From: Alphaproteobacteria bacterium
GTDB taxonomy: Bacteria > Pseudomonadota > Alphaproteobacteria > MPNO01
Reading direction: 5' to 3'
Length of the DNA stretch: 64,000 bases
Assembly (NCBI GenBank): GCA_964291675.2
Contig: OZ219866.1
Location: 1,472,001 to 1,536,000 of the forward strand
Made by a program: the position numbers and the translations under genes. Under the pieces are notes generated by a model. It was not told the origin of the DNA and made no database searches. It was given only the letters and a program-made list of their open reading frames with translations. This document shows, in pieces, positions 29,566 through 38,723 of this stretch; position 1 is the stretch's first letter; each line of letters opens with the position of its first letter.

Positions 29566-30762
29566 TTATGCTCGATCGAGCGCGCCGGCGATATCTTCGA
29601 GCAGGTCCGCTTGGTCCTCCAGCCCGATCGAGAGCCGCACCAGACCGTCGGTAATGCCGAGGCTTTCGCGCTCCGCCGGCGACAGGCGCTGGTGGGTGGT
29701 CGTCGCCGGATGCGTGACCAGGCTCTTGGCGTCGCCCAGGTTGTTGGAGATGTCGAGCAGCCCGAGACCGTTCATGAAGCGGAAGGCGCGGTCCTTGCCG
29801 CCGTCGATATCGATGGTGACGACGCTGCCGAAACCGGACATCTGCGCCTTGGCCAAGGCGTGCTGGGGGTGGCTCTCCAGGCCGGGATAGAGCACCCGCA
29901 GCAGATCGCCGCGGGCGGCCAGCGCGGTCGCGATGTCGAGCGCGGACCGGCAGTGCCGGTCCAGGCGAAGCTGCAGGGTCTCCAGCCCCTTGAGCAGCAC
30001 CCAGGCGTTGAACGGGCTCATCGAGGGGCCGGTGTGGCGCATGAAGGTCTTCAGCGTGCCCATGCAGTACTCCTCGCTGCCGAGCACCGCGCCGCCGAGG
30101 CACCGGCCCTGCCCGTCGATATGCTTGGTCGCCGAATAGGCCACGATGTCGGCGCCGAGCTCGAGCGGGCGCTGGAGCAGCGGCGTCGCGAACACGTTGT
30201 CGACGATCACCATCGCCCCGGCATCGTGGGCGAGCTCCGAGATCGCCCTTATGTCGAAGATGTCGAGCCCGGGATTGGACGGCGATTCGAGGAACACCGC
30301 CCGGGTCGGCCTGTCCAGCGCCGCGGCCCACGCGTCGGTGTCGGGGCTCTCGACGATGGTCGTCTCCACCCCCAGCCGGGGCAGGATGTCGGTCAGGATG
30401 TAGAGGCACGAGCCGAACAGCGCGCGCGCGCCGACGACGCGGTCGCCGGCCTCCACCATGCAGGCCAGCGAGGCGAACACCGCCGCCATGCCGGACGCCG
30501 TGGCCCGGCACGCCTCGGCGCCCTCGATCAGGCGCAGCCGGTCCTCGAACATGCCGACCGTCGGGTTGTCGTAGCGCGAGTAGATGTAGCGGTCGACCCG
30601 GTTGGCGAACGCGTCCTCGGCCTCCTCGGCGGCGTCGTAGACGAAGCCCGATGTCGCGTATATCGCCTCCGACGTCTCGCAGAACGCCGAGCGCCGCAAC
30701 CCGCCGCGGACCAGCCTGGTCTGCGGTCGCCAGCTCTCTTCCCGTCGGACGTGAGCGTCCAT
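29566..30762 (-). CDS. metZ: O-succinylhomoserine sulfhydrylase
   Basis: ETSEAIY, YSRYDNPT, ASGMAA, ESPSNP, SATKHIDGQGR; SAM-II riboswitch upstream. Confidence 0.93.
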   Translation of the reverse strand: MDAHVRREESWRPQTRLVRGGLRRSAFCETSEAIYATSGFVYDAAEEAEDAFANRVDRYIYSRYDNPTVGMFEDRLRLIEGAEACRATASGMAAVFASLACMVEAGDRVVGARALFGSCLYILTDILPRLGVETTIVESPDTDAWAAALDRPTRAVFLESPSNPGLDIFDIRAISELAHDAGAMVIVDNVFATPLLQRPLELGADIVAYSATKHIDGQGRCLGGAVLGSEEYCMGTLKTFMRHTGPSMSPFNAWVLLKGLETLQLRLDRHCRSALDIATALAARGDLLRVLYPGLESHPQHALAKAQMSGFGSVVTIDIDGGKDRAFRFMNGLGLLDISNNLGDAKSLVTHPATTTHQRLSPAERESLGITDGLVRLSIGLEDQADLLEDIAGALDRA

Positions 30763-30782
30763 CTTCCTGCTCCCCGGCGCGC

Positions 30783-30816
30783 AAAACAAAACCCCCGACC
30801 GGAAAGTCGGGGGGTG
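30783..30816 (-). terminator. Intrinsic terminator, expression platform of the riboswitch
   Basis: Minus-strand CCCCCGAC-TTTCCG-GTCGGGGG stem followed by TTTTGTTT. Confidence 0.7.
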
Positions 30817-30825
30817 TCGCGCCTC

Positions 30826-30886
30826 CGACCTTTTAGCTGGTTGTTTTACGTGGCCGCAAGCCGGTCGGGCCAAATCGCCACGGGCC
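30826..30886 (-). ncRNA. SAM-II (SAM-alpha) riboswitch
   Basis: Minus strand CGTGGCGATTTGGCCCGACCGGCTTGCGGCCACGTAAAACAACCAGCTAAAAGG fits the SAM-II GATTT...TTGC...GCTAAA pattern; upstream of metZ. Confidence 0.9.
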
Positions 30887-30963
30887 GAGTGTCATCGATC
30901 GGGGTTGCCCCGTCAAGCGCGTGAAACGGGGTAGTTGGCTCTCTTTGAAACGGCGGCGGGGCC

Positions 30964-31070
30964 GTCCTTCGATACGCCCCCTCCGGGGGCTGCTCAGGAT
31001 GAGGAGAGGCTGGTATGCCACATACAAGATTCCTCATCCCGAGCAGGCGCGGAGCGCCGTATCGGGGGAC
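30964..31070. repeat. Palindromic repeat family A, copy 2
   Basis: GTCCTTCGATACG...CTCAGGATGAGGAGAGGCT...CCTCATCCCG...CGTATCGGGGGAC. Confidence 0.85.
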
Positions 31071-31103
31071 GCCGCGCCGCATCGGTTCCGTCAAAGGCGG
31101 ACC

Positions 31104-31496
31104 CTAGCGCTGGATCGCCGCCACCATCTCGACTTCGACCAGCAGGTCCGGGCGGGCGAGGCCGGCGACGATCAGCAGGGTCGAGGCCGGCCGCTCCTCG
31201 CCGAGATATTTCGCCCTGACCTCGTTATAGGCCGGCAGGTCCGCCGCGTCGGTCAGGAAATGGGTGATCTTGACCACGTCCTTCATGCGCATCCCGTTGA
31301 ATTCGAGGATCGCCATCAGGTTCCGCCAGGCGAGGTCCGCCTGGGCGGCGAAGTCGGCCGGGACGTTGCCGTCGACGTCGATCCCCACCTGGCCGGCGAT
31401 GAACATCACCTTGGCCGAGTCCGGGACCTCGATGGCATGCGCGTAGGCGCCGATCGGCGGGTGGATGGTTTCCGGGTACATCGCGCGGTTCTGCAT
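31104..31496 (-). CDS. RidA/YjgF family protein
   Basis: YAHAIEV, IAGQVG, RPASTLL, LVEVE. Confidence 0.9.
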   Translation of the reverse strand: MQNRAMYPETIHPPIGAYAHAIEVPDSAKVMFIAGQVGIDVDGNVPADFAAQADLAWRNLMAILEFNGMRMKDVVKITHFLTDAADLPAYNEVRAKYLGEERPASTLLIVAGLARPDLLVEVEMVAAIQR

Positions 31497-31644
31497 GGCG
31501 GCCTCCCTCGGGCGTTCGGGTTTCGCAGCTCGCCCCGACTATAGCCCGCGAGCCGTTGCGCGCCGAGATTGACTTGGGACGCGGTGATGGCGAATAATCG
31601 GCGCTTCACCGGACGGAAATACGCGCCAACGACGGAGCCCCGAA

Positions 31645-32718
31645 ATGTTCCTGCAAAACTGCTGGTATGTGGCCGCCGAGCCGCACGAGATCACGCGCCA
31701 GCCCTTTGGCCGCACGATCTGCGACGAGAAGATCGCCTTCTGGCGCACCGAAGACGGCGACCCGGTGGCGTTCGAGGACCGCTGCTGCCATCGCCGCATG
31801 CCGCTCAGGAAGGGCAGCGTCGAGGGCAATGTCCTGTCCTGCCACTATCACGGGCTCCAGTTCGACGTCACCGGAAAGTGCATCCACGTGCCGGGACAGA
31901 CCACGATCCCGCCGGGTGCGCAGGTGCGGGCCTACCCGGCGGTCGAGAAATACAACTGGATCTGGATCTGGATGGGCGATCCGGCGCTCGCCGACGAGAG
32001 CCTGATCGTCCCCTACCCCTGGAAGAGCGCCGAGGACTGGGGCGACAAGGGCACCTATTTCCACGTCAACGGCAACTACAGGCTGGTCATCGACAACCTG
32101 CTCGACCTCTCGCATCTCGCCTTCGTGCACCGCTCGACGATCGGCAACGCGGCGGTGGCCGAGCACGCCGTCCTCAAGACCCTGAAGGACGAGGACTCGG
32201 TGACGGTGGCGCGCTGGACCGTCGGCCAGAACCCGCCGCCGACCTATCAGAAGATGTGCGACTGGCCGGAAGAGACCATCGTCGATCGCTGGCAGATCAT
32301 CGAGTTCCGCATGCCGGGCGCGGTGCGGCTGTTCACCGGCGCGGCGCCCGAAGCGGCCGGCGGCAAGGAGTTCGGCCATACCGAGCTGGAGCGCGACGTG
32401 CCCGCCAACGGGTTCGGCTTCCACAACCTCAACTTCGTCACGCCGGAGACCGAGACCACGACGCACTATTTCTGGTCCAACGCCTACCAGGTTCCCGGCA
32501 AGCCGATCGAGCCCGATTTCGTCGAGATGCAGTACAAGCAGATCTGGCAGGCCTTCCACCAGGACTGGGAGGTCTTCGACCTGCAGGAGGAGAACTGGGA
32601 CGACCGGCCGACGATCGAGACCAACCAGGACGCGGGCGGCATCGCCGCGCGCGCCATGATCGACCGCAAGATCGCGGCCGAGCGGGCGGAAGCGGGAGCG
32701 GCGATCGCCGCCGAATAG
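31645..32718 (+). CDS. Rieske oxygenase alpha subunit (VanA-like)
   Basis: DRCCHR...CHYHG; DNLLDLSHLAFVH. Confidence 0.92.
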   Translation: MFLQNCWYVAAEPHEITRQPFGRTICDEKIAFWRTEDGDPVAFEDRCCHRRMPLRKGSVEGNVLSCHYHGLQFDVTGKCIHVPGQTTIPPGAQVRAYPAVEKYNWIWIWMGDPALADESLIVPYPWKSAEDWGDKGTYFHVNGNYRLVIDNLLDLSHLAFVHRSTIGNAAVAEHAVLKTLKDEDSVTVARWTVGQNPPPTYQKMCDWPEETIVDRWQIIEFRMPGAVRLFTGAAPEAAGGKEFGHTELERDVPANGFGFHNLNFVTPETETTTHYFWSNAYQVPGKPIEPDFVEMQYKQIWQAFHQDWEVFDLQEENWDDRPTIETNQDAGGIAARAMIDRKIAAERAEAGAAIAAE

Positions 32719-32807
32719 CTTCTTGGCGTACTGACGGCGATGCGGCGGCACCCCGGTGCCGCCCTTCGCTTTTCCGGGCCCGAACGAGAGCAAGCTGGGA
32801 GAGCGGG

Positions 32808-33860
32808 ATGTTCATCGAGAACGCGTGGTATGTCGCCGCCTGGGACCGCGAGGTCGGCCGCCAGAACATGTTGCGCCGGACGCTGCTCGACATCCCGGTC
32901 GTGCTTTACCGCAGGGAGGACGGCGCGCCGGTGGCGCTGGAGGACCGCTGCTGCCACCGCCACGCGCCGCTGTCGAAGGGCAAGCTCCAGGGCGACAACG
33001 TCGAATGCCCCTATCACGGCCTGCTCTACGACCCCTCGGGCCGGTGCATCCGGGTCCCGGGCCAGACGGCGATCCCGCCGGGCGCGAGGGTGAGGGCGTT
33101 TCCGACGGTTGAGCGCTATCACTGGATCTGGATATGGATGGGAGATCCGGCGGCCGCCGACCCCGACCTGATCGAGGACTTCCACTGGACCGACGACCCC
33201 GACTGGCGCGCGCGGGGGGAGAAGCTCGACCTCGAGGGCAACTACGTGCTGCTGGTCGAGAACCTGCTCGACCTGTCCCATCTCAGCTACATCCACCCGA
33301 CCACGCTCGGCACCGATGCGGTCGCCGAGACGCCGATGAAGGCGGAGCGCGAGGGCGAGCTGGTCCGCGTCACCCGCTGGGTGCTCGACAGCCCGCCGCC
33401 GCCGTTCTTCCAGAAGGCGGGCGGGTTCGCGCCCGACCAGCACATCGACCGCTGGCAGATCATCGAATTCACCCCGCCCGCCTTCGTCCGCCTCGACATC
33501 GGCGGCGCCGTCGCCGGCACCGGCGCGCCCGAGGGCGACCGCAGCCAGGGCTTCTCCATGCGGAACCTGAACGCGATCACCCCGGAGACCGGGACGACAA
33601 CGCATTATTTCTGGGCCCAGGCGCACGATTTCCGCATCGACGAGCCGTGGGTGACCGACCTGCTCTACGAGAACGTCCACACGGCGTTCCTCGAGGATCT
33701 GGAGATCATCCAGCTCCAGCAGCAAAACATAAACACCGCCCCGGACCGGCCGCGGGTCGACATCAACCACGACGGCGGCGGCATCCAGGCGAGGCGCATC
33801 ATCGAAGGCCGCATCGCCGCCGAGAGCGGTGCCGGGAGGCTGGCCGCCGCCGGCGAGTAG
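32808..33860 (+). CDS. Rieske oxygenase alpha subunit (VanA-like)
   Basis: MFIENAWY; DRCCHR...CPYHG; ENLLDLSHLSYIH. Confidence 0.92.
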   Translation: MFIENAWYVAAWDREVGRQNMLRRTLLDIPVVLYRREDGAPVALEDRCCHRHAPLSKGKLQGDNVECPYHGLLYDPSGRCIRVPGQTAIPPGARVRAFPTVERYHWIWIWMGDPAAADPDLIEDFHWTDDPDWRARGEKLDLEGNYVLLVENLLDLSHLSYIHPTTLGTDAVAETPMKAEREGELVRVTRWVLDSPPPPFFQKAGGFAPDQHIDRWQIIEFTPPAFVRLDIGGAVAGTGAPEGDRSQGFSMRNLNAITPETGTTTHYFWAQAHDFRIDEPWVTDLLYENVHTAFLEDLEIIQLQQQNINTAPDRPRVDINHDGGGIQARRIIEGRIAAESGAGRLAAAGE

Positions 33861-33947
33861 CGCCCCGGCGTTCCGCGGCGGGTCTTGAACGGGCCCGCCG
33901 CTTGCGGGATGTTCGCCCCCTGATCACACCGGTCCGGGGGGCGCGCT

Positions 33948-35111
33948 ATGGCTGAAAAGCTGGTCATCAGGAATATCGGCCTGCTTCTGTCCGGGGCGCT
34001 GGAGACCCCGGTGCTCGATGCCGACACCGTGGTCGCCGAGGACGGAAGGATCGCCGCCTTCGGCAGGGAGGCCGACTGCAATACCGCCGGCGCCGATATC
34101 GTCATCGACGCCAGGGGGATGGCGCTCGCCCCCGGGCTGATCGACAGCCATGTCCACCCGGTGTTCGGCGACTGGACGCCGCGCCAGAGCCAGCTCAACT
34201 GGATCGACTCGTCGATGCATGGCGGGGTGACGACGATGATCTCCGCCGGCGAGGTCCATCTGCCCGGCCGGCCGCGCGATCCCAAGGGGGTGGTCGCGCT
34301 CGGCATCACCGCCCAGCGCGCCTTCTCTTCCTTCCCGCCGGGCGGGGTCAAGGTGCGCGCCGGCGCGCCCATCCTGGAGACCGGGATGGAGGAGGACGAT
34401 TTCCGCTTCCTCGCCGAGGCCGGCGTCAAGCTGCTGGGCGAGATCGGGCTCGGCGGGGTGAAGACCGGCGAAGAGGCGAAGAAGATGGTCGGCTGGGCGC
34501 GCAAATACGGCATCCAGTCGACGATCCATACCGGCGGCCCGTCGATCCCCGGCTCCGGGCTGATCGACGCCGACATCGTGCTGGAGACCGGACCCGACAT
34601 CATCGGCCACATCAATGGCGGGCACACCTCGCTGCCGCGGGACCAGATCGCGTGTTTGTGCGAGCAGTGCCAGGCGGGGATCGAGATCGTGCACAACGGC
34701 AACGAGGCCTCGGCCCTGTTCGCGCTGCGCACCGCGCGCGAGCTCGACCAGCTCCACCGGGTCATCCTCGGCACCGACGGGCCGGCGGGCTCGGGCGTTC
34801 AGCCGCTCGGGATCCTAAGGATGGTCGCGATGCTGTCGGCCTTGGGCGACGTGCCGGCGGAGATCGCGTTCTGCTTCGCCACCGGCAACACCGCGCGGAT
34901 GCGGGAGCTCGATTGCGGGCTGATCGAGGAAGGCCGGGCGGCCGATTTCGTCCTGCTCGACCGCGCCCAGCACAGCGCCGGCAGGGATTTGCTCGACTCC
35001 GTCGGCAAGGGCGACATCCCCGGAATCGGCATGGTGGTCATCGACGGCAAGGTCGCGTCGGGCCGCAGCCGCAACACCCCGCCCGCCGACCGCCTGCCGG
35101 AAGTCCTGTAG
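33948..35111 (+). CDS. Amidohydrolase, enamidase-like
   Basis: PGLIDSHVHPVFGDWTPRQ, SAGEVH, IHTGGPS, GHINGG, GTDGPAG. Confidence 0.85.
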   Translation: MAEKLVIRNIGLLLSGALETPVLDADTVVAEDGRIAAFGREADCNTAGADIVIDARGMALAPGLIDSHVHPVFGDWTPRQSQLNWIDSSMHGGVTTMISAGEVHLPGRPRDPKGVVALGITAQRAFSSFPPGGVKVRAGAPILETGMEEDDFRFLAEAGVKLLGEIGLGGVKTGEEAKKMVGWARKYGIQSTIHTGGPSIPGSGLIDADIVLETGPDIIGHINGGHTSLPRDQIACLCEQCQAGIEIVHNGNEASALFALRTARELDQLHRVILGTDGPAGSGVQPLGILRMVAMLSALGDVPAEIAFCFATGNTARMRELDCGLIEEGRAADFVLLDRAQHSAGRDLLDSVGKGDIPGIGMVVIDGKVASGRSRNTPPADRLPEVL

Positions 35112-35378
35112 CCCGCATTTCCCGCCCCTGTCATGGCCTGCGCGGCGCTGTCCGGCCGACAGGGCAGGAGAGGCGCGCGGCGCGATGCGGGGACATCGGG
35201 CAAGCGCCTCGACGCACCCTGTCGGCCGGACAGCGCCGCCCGAAGGGTCGCGCCCGGGCGCCCGCCCGCGTCGTCGCGGGCCTCGACCGTATTGCCCGAT
35301 ACGCCCTTCGGCCCGCTCCTGGCGGGACGAACGCCCGGGCGCGACGCAGGCCGTGACAGGGGTGAGAAATGCGGGCTA
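35109..35378. mobile_element. 270-bp MITE-like element, family B, copy 1
   Basis: Long terminal inverted repeats TAGCCCGCATTTC...CTGTCA / TGACAG...GAAATGCGGGCTA; near-identical to 51933-52202; no credible ORF. Confidence 0.85.
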
Positions 35379-35960
35379 GCGAAGCCCGTCCTCGCCCTTG
35401 GCCTCGTCGGTCGTCAGCCCGCCCACGCGCGGGAACGGGCGGCCCGAGTCGGTGACCGCGACCGCCACCAGGATCTCGCCTGCGCGCGGGGCGTCGGCGA
35501 GTCTGACCTCGATCCCGTCGAAATGGCTGCGCACATAGGCCGCGTCCTTGTGGCCGAGCGGGATGTCGATCGGCGTGCCGGGCCCGCCCATCTTCTTGGC
35601 CGAGGGGACCAGCGCGGCGCCCTTCTCGACCGCCTTGCGCAGCGGCGCGCCGAGCTTCGGGTGGAGGATCGCGGCTGCGTGCTCCCACTCGCCCTGCTCG
35701 CCGACGATCGCCGCCTTGCCGTAGCTCTCGGCCCGGTCGGGACGGATGCCGAGCGCGGCCACGCACATTTCGCCCAGCATGGCGCCCAGCTCCGCGCCGA
35801 TATCCATCAACGGCGCGAGGTCTTCCTCGTAGCGGCCGGCGAAGGGGTTCGCGATCACCGCGATGGCCGCCGCCTTGCGGGTCGGCGGGTCGACCGGACG
35901 GCCGATCTCGGAGCGGATCTCCTCGACCACCACGCTGGTCTTTCTGATTTCGGCGCCCAT
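35376..35960 (-). CDS. Amino acid synthesis family protein (DUF1185)
   Basis: AVIANPFAGRY, ESYGKAAIVG, GEWEHAAA, PLGHKDAAYVRSHFD. Confidence 0.88.
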   Translation of the reverse strand: MGAEIRKTSVVVEEIRSEIGRPVDPPTRKAAAIAVIANPFAGRYEEDLAPLMDIGAELGAMLGEMCVAALGIRPDRAESYGKAAIVGEQGEWEHAAAILHPKLGAPLRKAVEKGAALVPSAKKMGGPGTPIDIPLGHKDAAYVRSHFDGIEVRLADAPRAGEILVAVAVTDSGRPFPRVGGLTTDEAKGEDGLR

Positions 35961-35970
35961 CGCGGCCTCC

Positions 35971-36999
35971 TCACCCTGCCTCTGCCCTGACCCGCCGGTC
36001 GATCTTGCGGCGGAACAGCGCCGCCGGCGCATCGAGATCGAGCCCGACCCGGGTTCCGCCCTCGAACCGGTCCTCTTCGCACTGGATCGCCTCCAGCACC
36101 GCCTTGTCCTCGGCGAAGGCGATGCGGAACTGCTCGGAAATGCCCTCCCCGACCGCCGGGTCGTCGGCGCCGAAATTCCGCACATGCAGCCAGTAGTCGT
36201 GGCAGCTCGCCCCGGTCTCGGGCGTCATGAAGTGGCACGAGAACACCCGGATGCAGTTGTCCGAATTTCCCGCCTTGGCCTCGAACCCGGCCCCGGCGGG
36301 CGCGGTCCCGAAATCGATGATCGCGATCGACGGCGTGTGCATGTGGTAGTACTGCCAGCGGTCGACCTTCCCGTCGAAATTGCCGAACGCCCTGGCGAAG
36401 CCGATCGGTTCGGACCCGAGGGACCAGCGGTGGGTGGTCACCCCCCATTCCTCTTCCTCGAACGCGACGCCGACGCCCTCCGCGCTCGGGCTGCCGAGCG
36501 TGGTCGGGTGGACGTATTCGACATGCGAGGGATCGCTCAGATTGTCGCACAGGAGCAGGTAGTCGGCCGCGACGTGCAGCGCATCGCCATAGGCCACGCC
36601 CCAATCCGGGCGGTGGTATTCGGGAAGATCGTAGATCTCCGCCTCGTCCGCCGCGTCCGGGTCGCCCATCCAGATCCAGATCAGCCCGAGACGCTCGGCG
36701 ACCGGGTAGCTCCTCACCCGGGCGTTGGGCGGGATCGTCTCCTGTCCCGGCACATGCACGCAGCGCCCCGAAGGATCGAAGACCAGCCCGTGATAGCCGC
36801 ACTGGATCCGGTCCTCGACCAGGCGTCCCTGCGAGAGCGGCAGCAGCCGGTGCGGGCAGCGGTCGCGCAGCGCCACCGGCCGGCCGTCGCCGGCGCGGTA
36901 GAGCACCACGGCCTCGCCGAGAATCGTCCGGCGCTTGAGCGTCCGCGTCAGCTCGCTCGCCCAGGAGGCGACGTACCACGCGTTCCTGACGAAGGTCAT
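35971..36999 (-). CDS. Rieske oxygenase alpha subunit (VanA-like)
   Basis: MTFVRNAWY; DRCPHR...CGYHG; DNLSDPSHVEYVH. Confidence 0.92.
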   Translation of the reverse strand: MTFVRNAWYVASWASELTRTLKRRTILGEAVVLYRAGDGRPVALRDRCPHRLLPLSQGRLVEDRIQCGYHGLVFDPSGRCVHVPGQETIPPNARVRSYPVAERLGLIWIWMGDPDAADEAEIYDLPEYHRPDWGVAYGDALHVAADYLLLCDNLSDPSHVEYVHPTTLGSPSAEGVGVAFEEEEWGVTTHRWSLGSEPIGFARAFGNFDGKVDRWQYYHMHTPSIAIIDFGTAPAGAGFEAKAGNSDNCIRVFSCHFMTPETGASCHDYWLHVRNFGADDPAVGEGISEQFRIAFAEDKAVLEAIQCEEDRFEGGTRVGLDLDAPAALFRRKIDRRVRAEAG

Positions 37000-37088
37000 G
37001 ACGGGTCCTCCCGGGCCGCTTCGCACGGTCCGCAGCTTAGGCCGAATATTGTATGTACACCAACGATTTTGCCACGCCCCGGCCGGGC

Positions 37089-38525
37089 TCAGACGAGCGC
37101 CGCGTTGAGCAGGGAGAGGATCGCCGTTCCCAGAGCCGCGATGGCTCCGCCGAAGACCAGGTTGGCGCCGAAGGCGACGCGTTCCAGCCGCACGCCGAAG
37201 AACGACGCCGCCGCGATGGTCGAAATCGCGGACAGCCCGATCATCGAGGCGATCGACCACGAGAGCAGCACGCACTGGAACAGGACCAGGTCGGCGATCC
37301 CCGTCGGCACCTGGGTGAACAGAACCAGCAGCACGGTAACGGTAACGATCTGGTGAATGCCCAGCAGCGCGAGCGCCGCCGGGACGACGATGAGAACGGC
37401 GACGATCGCGGGCTCCGGCAGCGTCGCCCGGTCGATCCATTGCGCGGTGTCGGCGACGCCGAGCGCGCTCACCAGCACCCGGCCGAGCGCGAACGCGCAG
37501 GTGACGATCACCATCTCTCCGAGCACGCCGGGCGTGCGGGCATAGGAGTCGCGGACGACCCCCCACAGGGCGCGCCGCCCGAGCCGCGCTTGCGCGGCGG
37601 CGGCGAGCAGGGGGATGCCGACCAGCAGAGCCTCGAGCGGCCTCAGCGGCGCGAAGCTGGCCAGTGCCACGACGGTGGCGGCGGCGATCGCCACCGGCGG
37701 CACCACCGGCAACAGGGCGGAGAGCGCCTCCCGCGTGCCGCGCCGGGGCGCGCCGGCCATCGCCTGGCCCAGCACCAGCCCGCCCGCCGCGAGCGCCAGG
37801 CCGAGCGCCATCACCGACCACAACGGCACGTCGGGCAAGTGCTGGAACGCGACCGCCATCGCGACCCAGAAGGGGGACCAGAGCCCGGCGAGCCCCATGC
37901 CCCTGAGGGCGATGATGGCGACCCGGACGCGTTCCGGCTCGGATGCGTTGCGGTCGTGGATCGGGGCGAGGATCGCGTGCGCGCCGACCACCAGCACGGC
38001 GCCCATCACATTGGCGCCGAACAGCGTCGCCGCGAGCCGTTGGCGCGGCTCCAGCAGCGCCATCAGATCGCGCGTGCGCGCGGTCTCCGGGCGCCGCTCC
38101 GCCGTGCTGCGCAGAACCACCAGGGTGACGAAGAAGGCGGCGAAGGTGGTCGCGTCGCCGATCCCGGCCCACAGCGCCCCCCAGTCGTCCAGCATTGCGG
38201 CAAGAGCCAGCGCGGCCAGCGCCAGCGCCGCCGAGAGCGCCAGGGTCCGCCGCCGGAGCCGCACGAAGCCGATCGCGAACAGCGCCGCCATCGCCAGCGC
38301 GGCCGCATCGTCGACCGGCGCGTCCCGCCAGACAATGCGGACCAGCACCAATGCCCACACGAAGACGAACAGGGGCGCGATGGCGGAGGCGGGGCGGAGC
38401 CGCGGCACGATGGACAAGGCGGCGGCGTTCCCATGCTGGCGACGGAGGGTTCGCGCAAGGAATACAGGAGGCGCTCCCCCGCCGCGAGCGCCGCTGCGGT
38501 TGAACCGATGCGCCGCGCTCACCAT
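37089..38525 (-). CDS. Polytopic membrane protein, probable transporter (start uncertain, may be near 38410)
   Basis: Many hydrophobic segments; RGMGLAGLWSPFWVAM motif. Confidence 0.65.
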   Translation of the reverse strand: MVSAAHRFNRSGARGGGAPPVFLARTLRRQHGNAAALSIVPRLRPASAIAPLFVFVWALVLVRIVWRDAPVDDAAALAMAALFAIGFVRLRRRTLALSAALALAALALAAMLDDWGALWAGIGDATTFAAFFVTLVVLRSTAERRPETARTRDLMALLEPRQRLAATLFGANVMGAVLVVGAHAILAPIHDRNASEPERVRVAIIALRGMGLAGLWSPFWVAMAVAFQHLPDVPLWSVMALGLALAAGGLVLGQAMAGAPRRGTREALSALLPVVPPVAIAAATVVALASFAPLRPLEALLVGIPLLAAAAQARLGRRALWGVVRDSYARTPGVLGEMVIVTCAFALGRVLVSALGVADTAQWIDRATLPEPAIVAVLIVVPAALALLGIHQIVTVTVLLVLFTQVPTGIADLVLFQCVLLSWSIASMIGLSAISTIAAASFFGVRLERVAFGANLVFGGAIAALGTAILSLLNAALV

Positions 38526-38723
38526 GTCGGTGCCGACGGTGCCATTTTCGGGGGCTCATGACGGGATGACCCCGACGCAACATGCTCCGGCGACGGAGAG
38601 GCGTAGCGAGTTGTCGATCCCGACGATTGCGCGGCCGACGATCCGGCCCGTCCTGCGCGATGCGCCCGGGCGGCGGGCTCACGGCCCGGCACCGGACTCT
38701 TTCCCGACGACGGATCCCCCGCG

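Noticed and set aside
31569-33860. 763-aa ORF, and the similar 903-aa ORF at 35971-38682, as extended Rieske proteins
   Set aside because: Upstream parts overlap other genes out of frame; true starts are 32808 and 36999.
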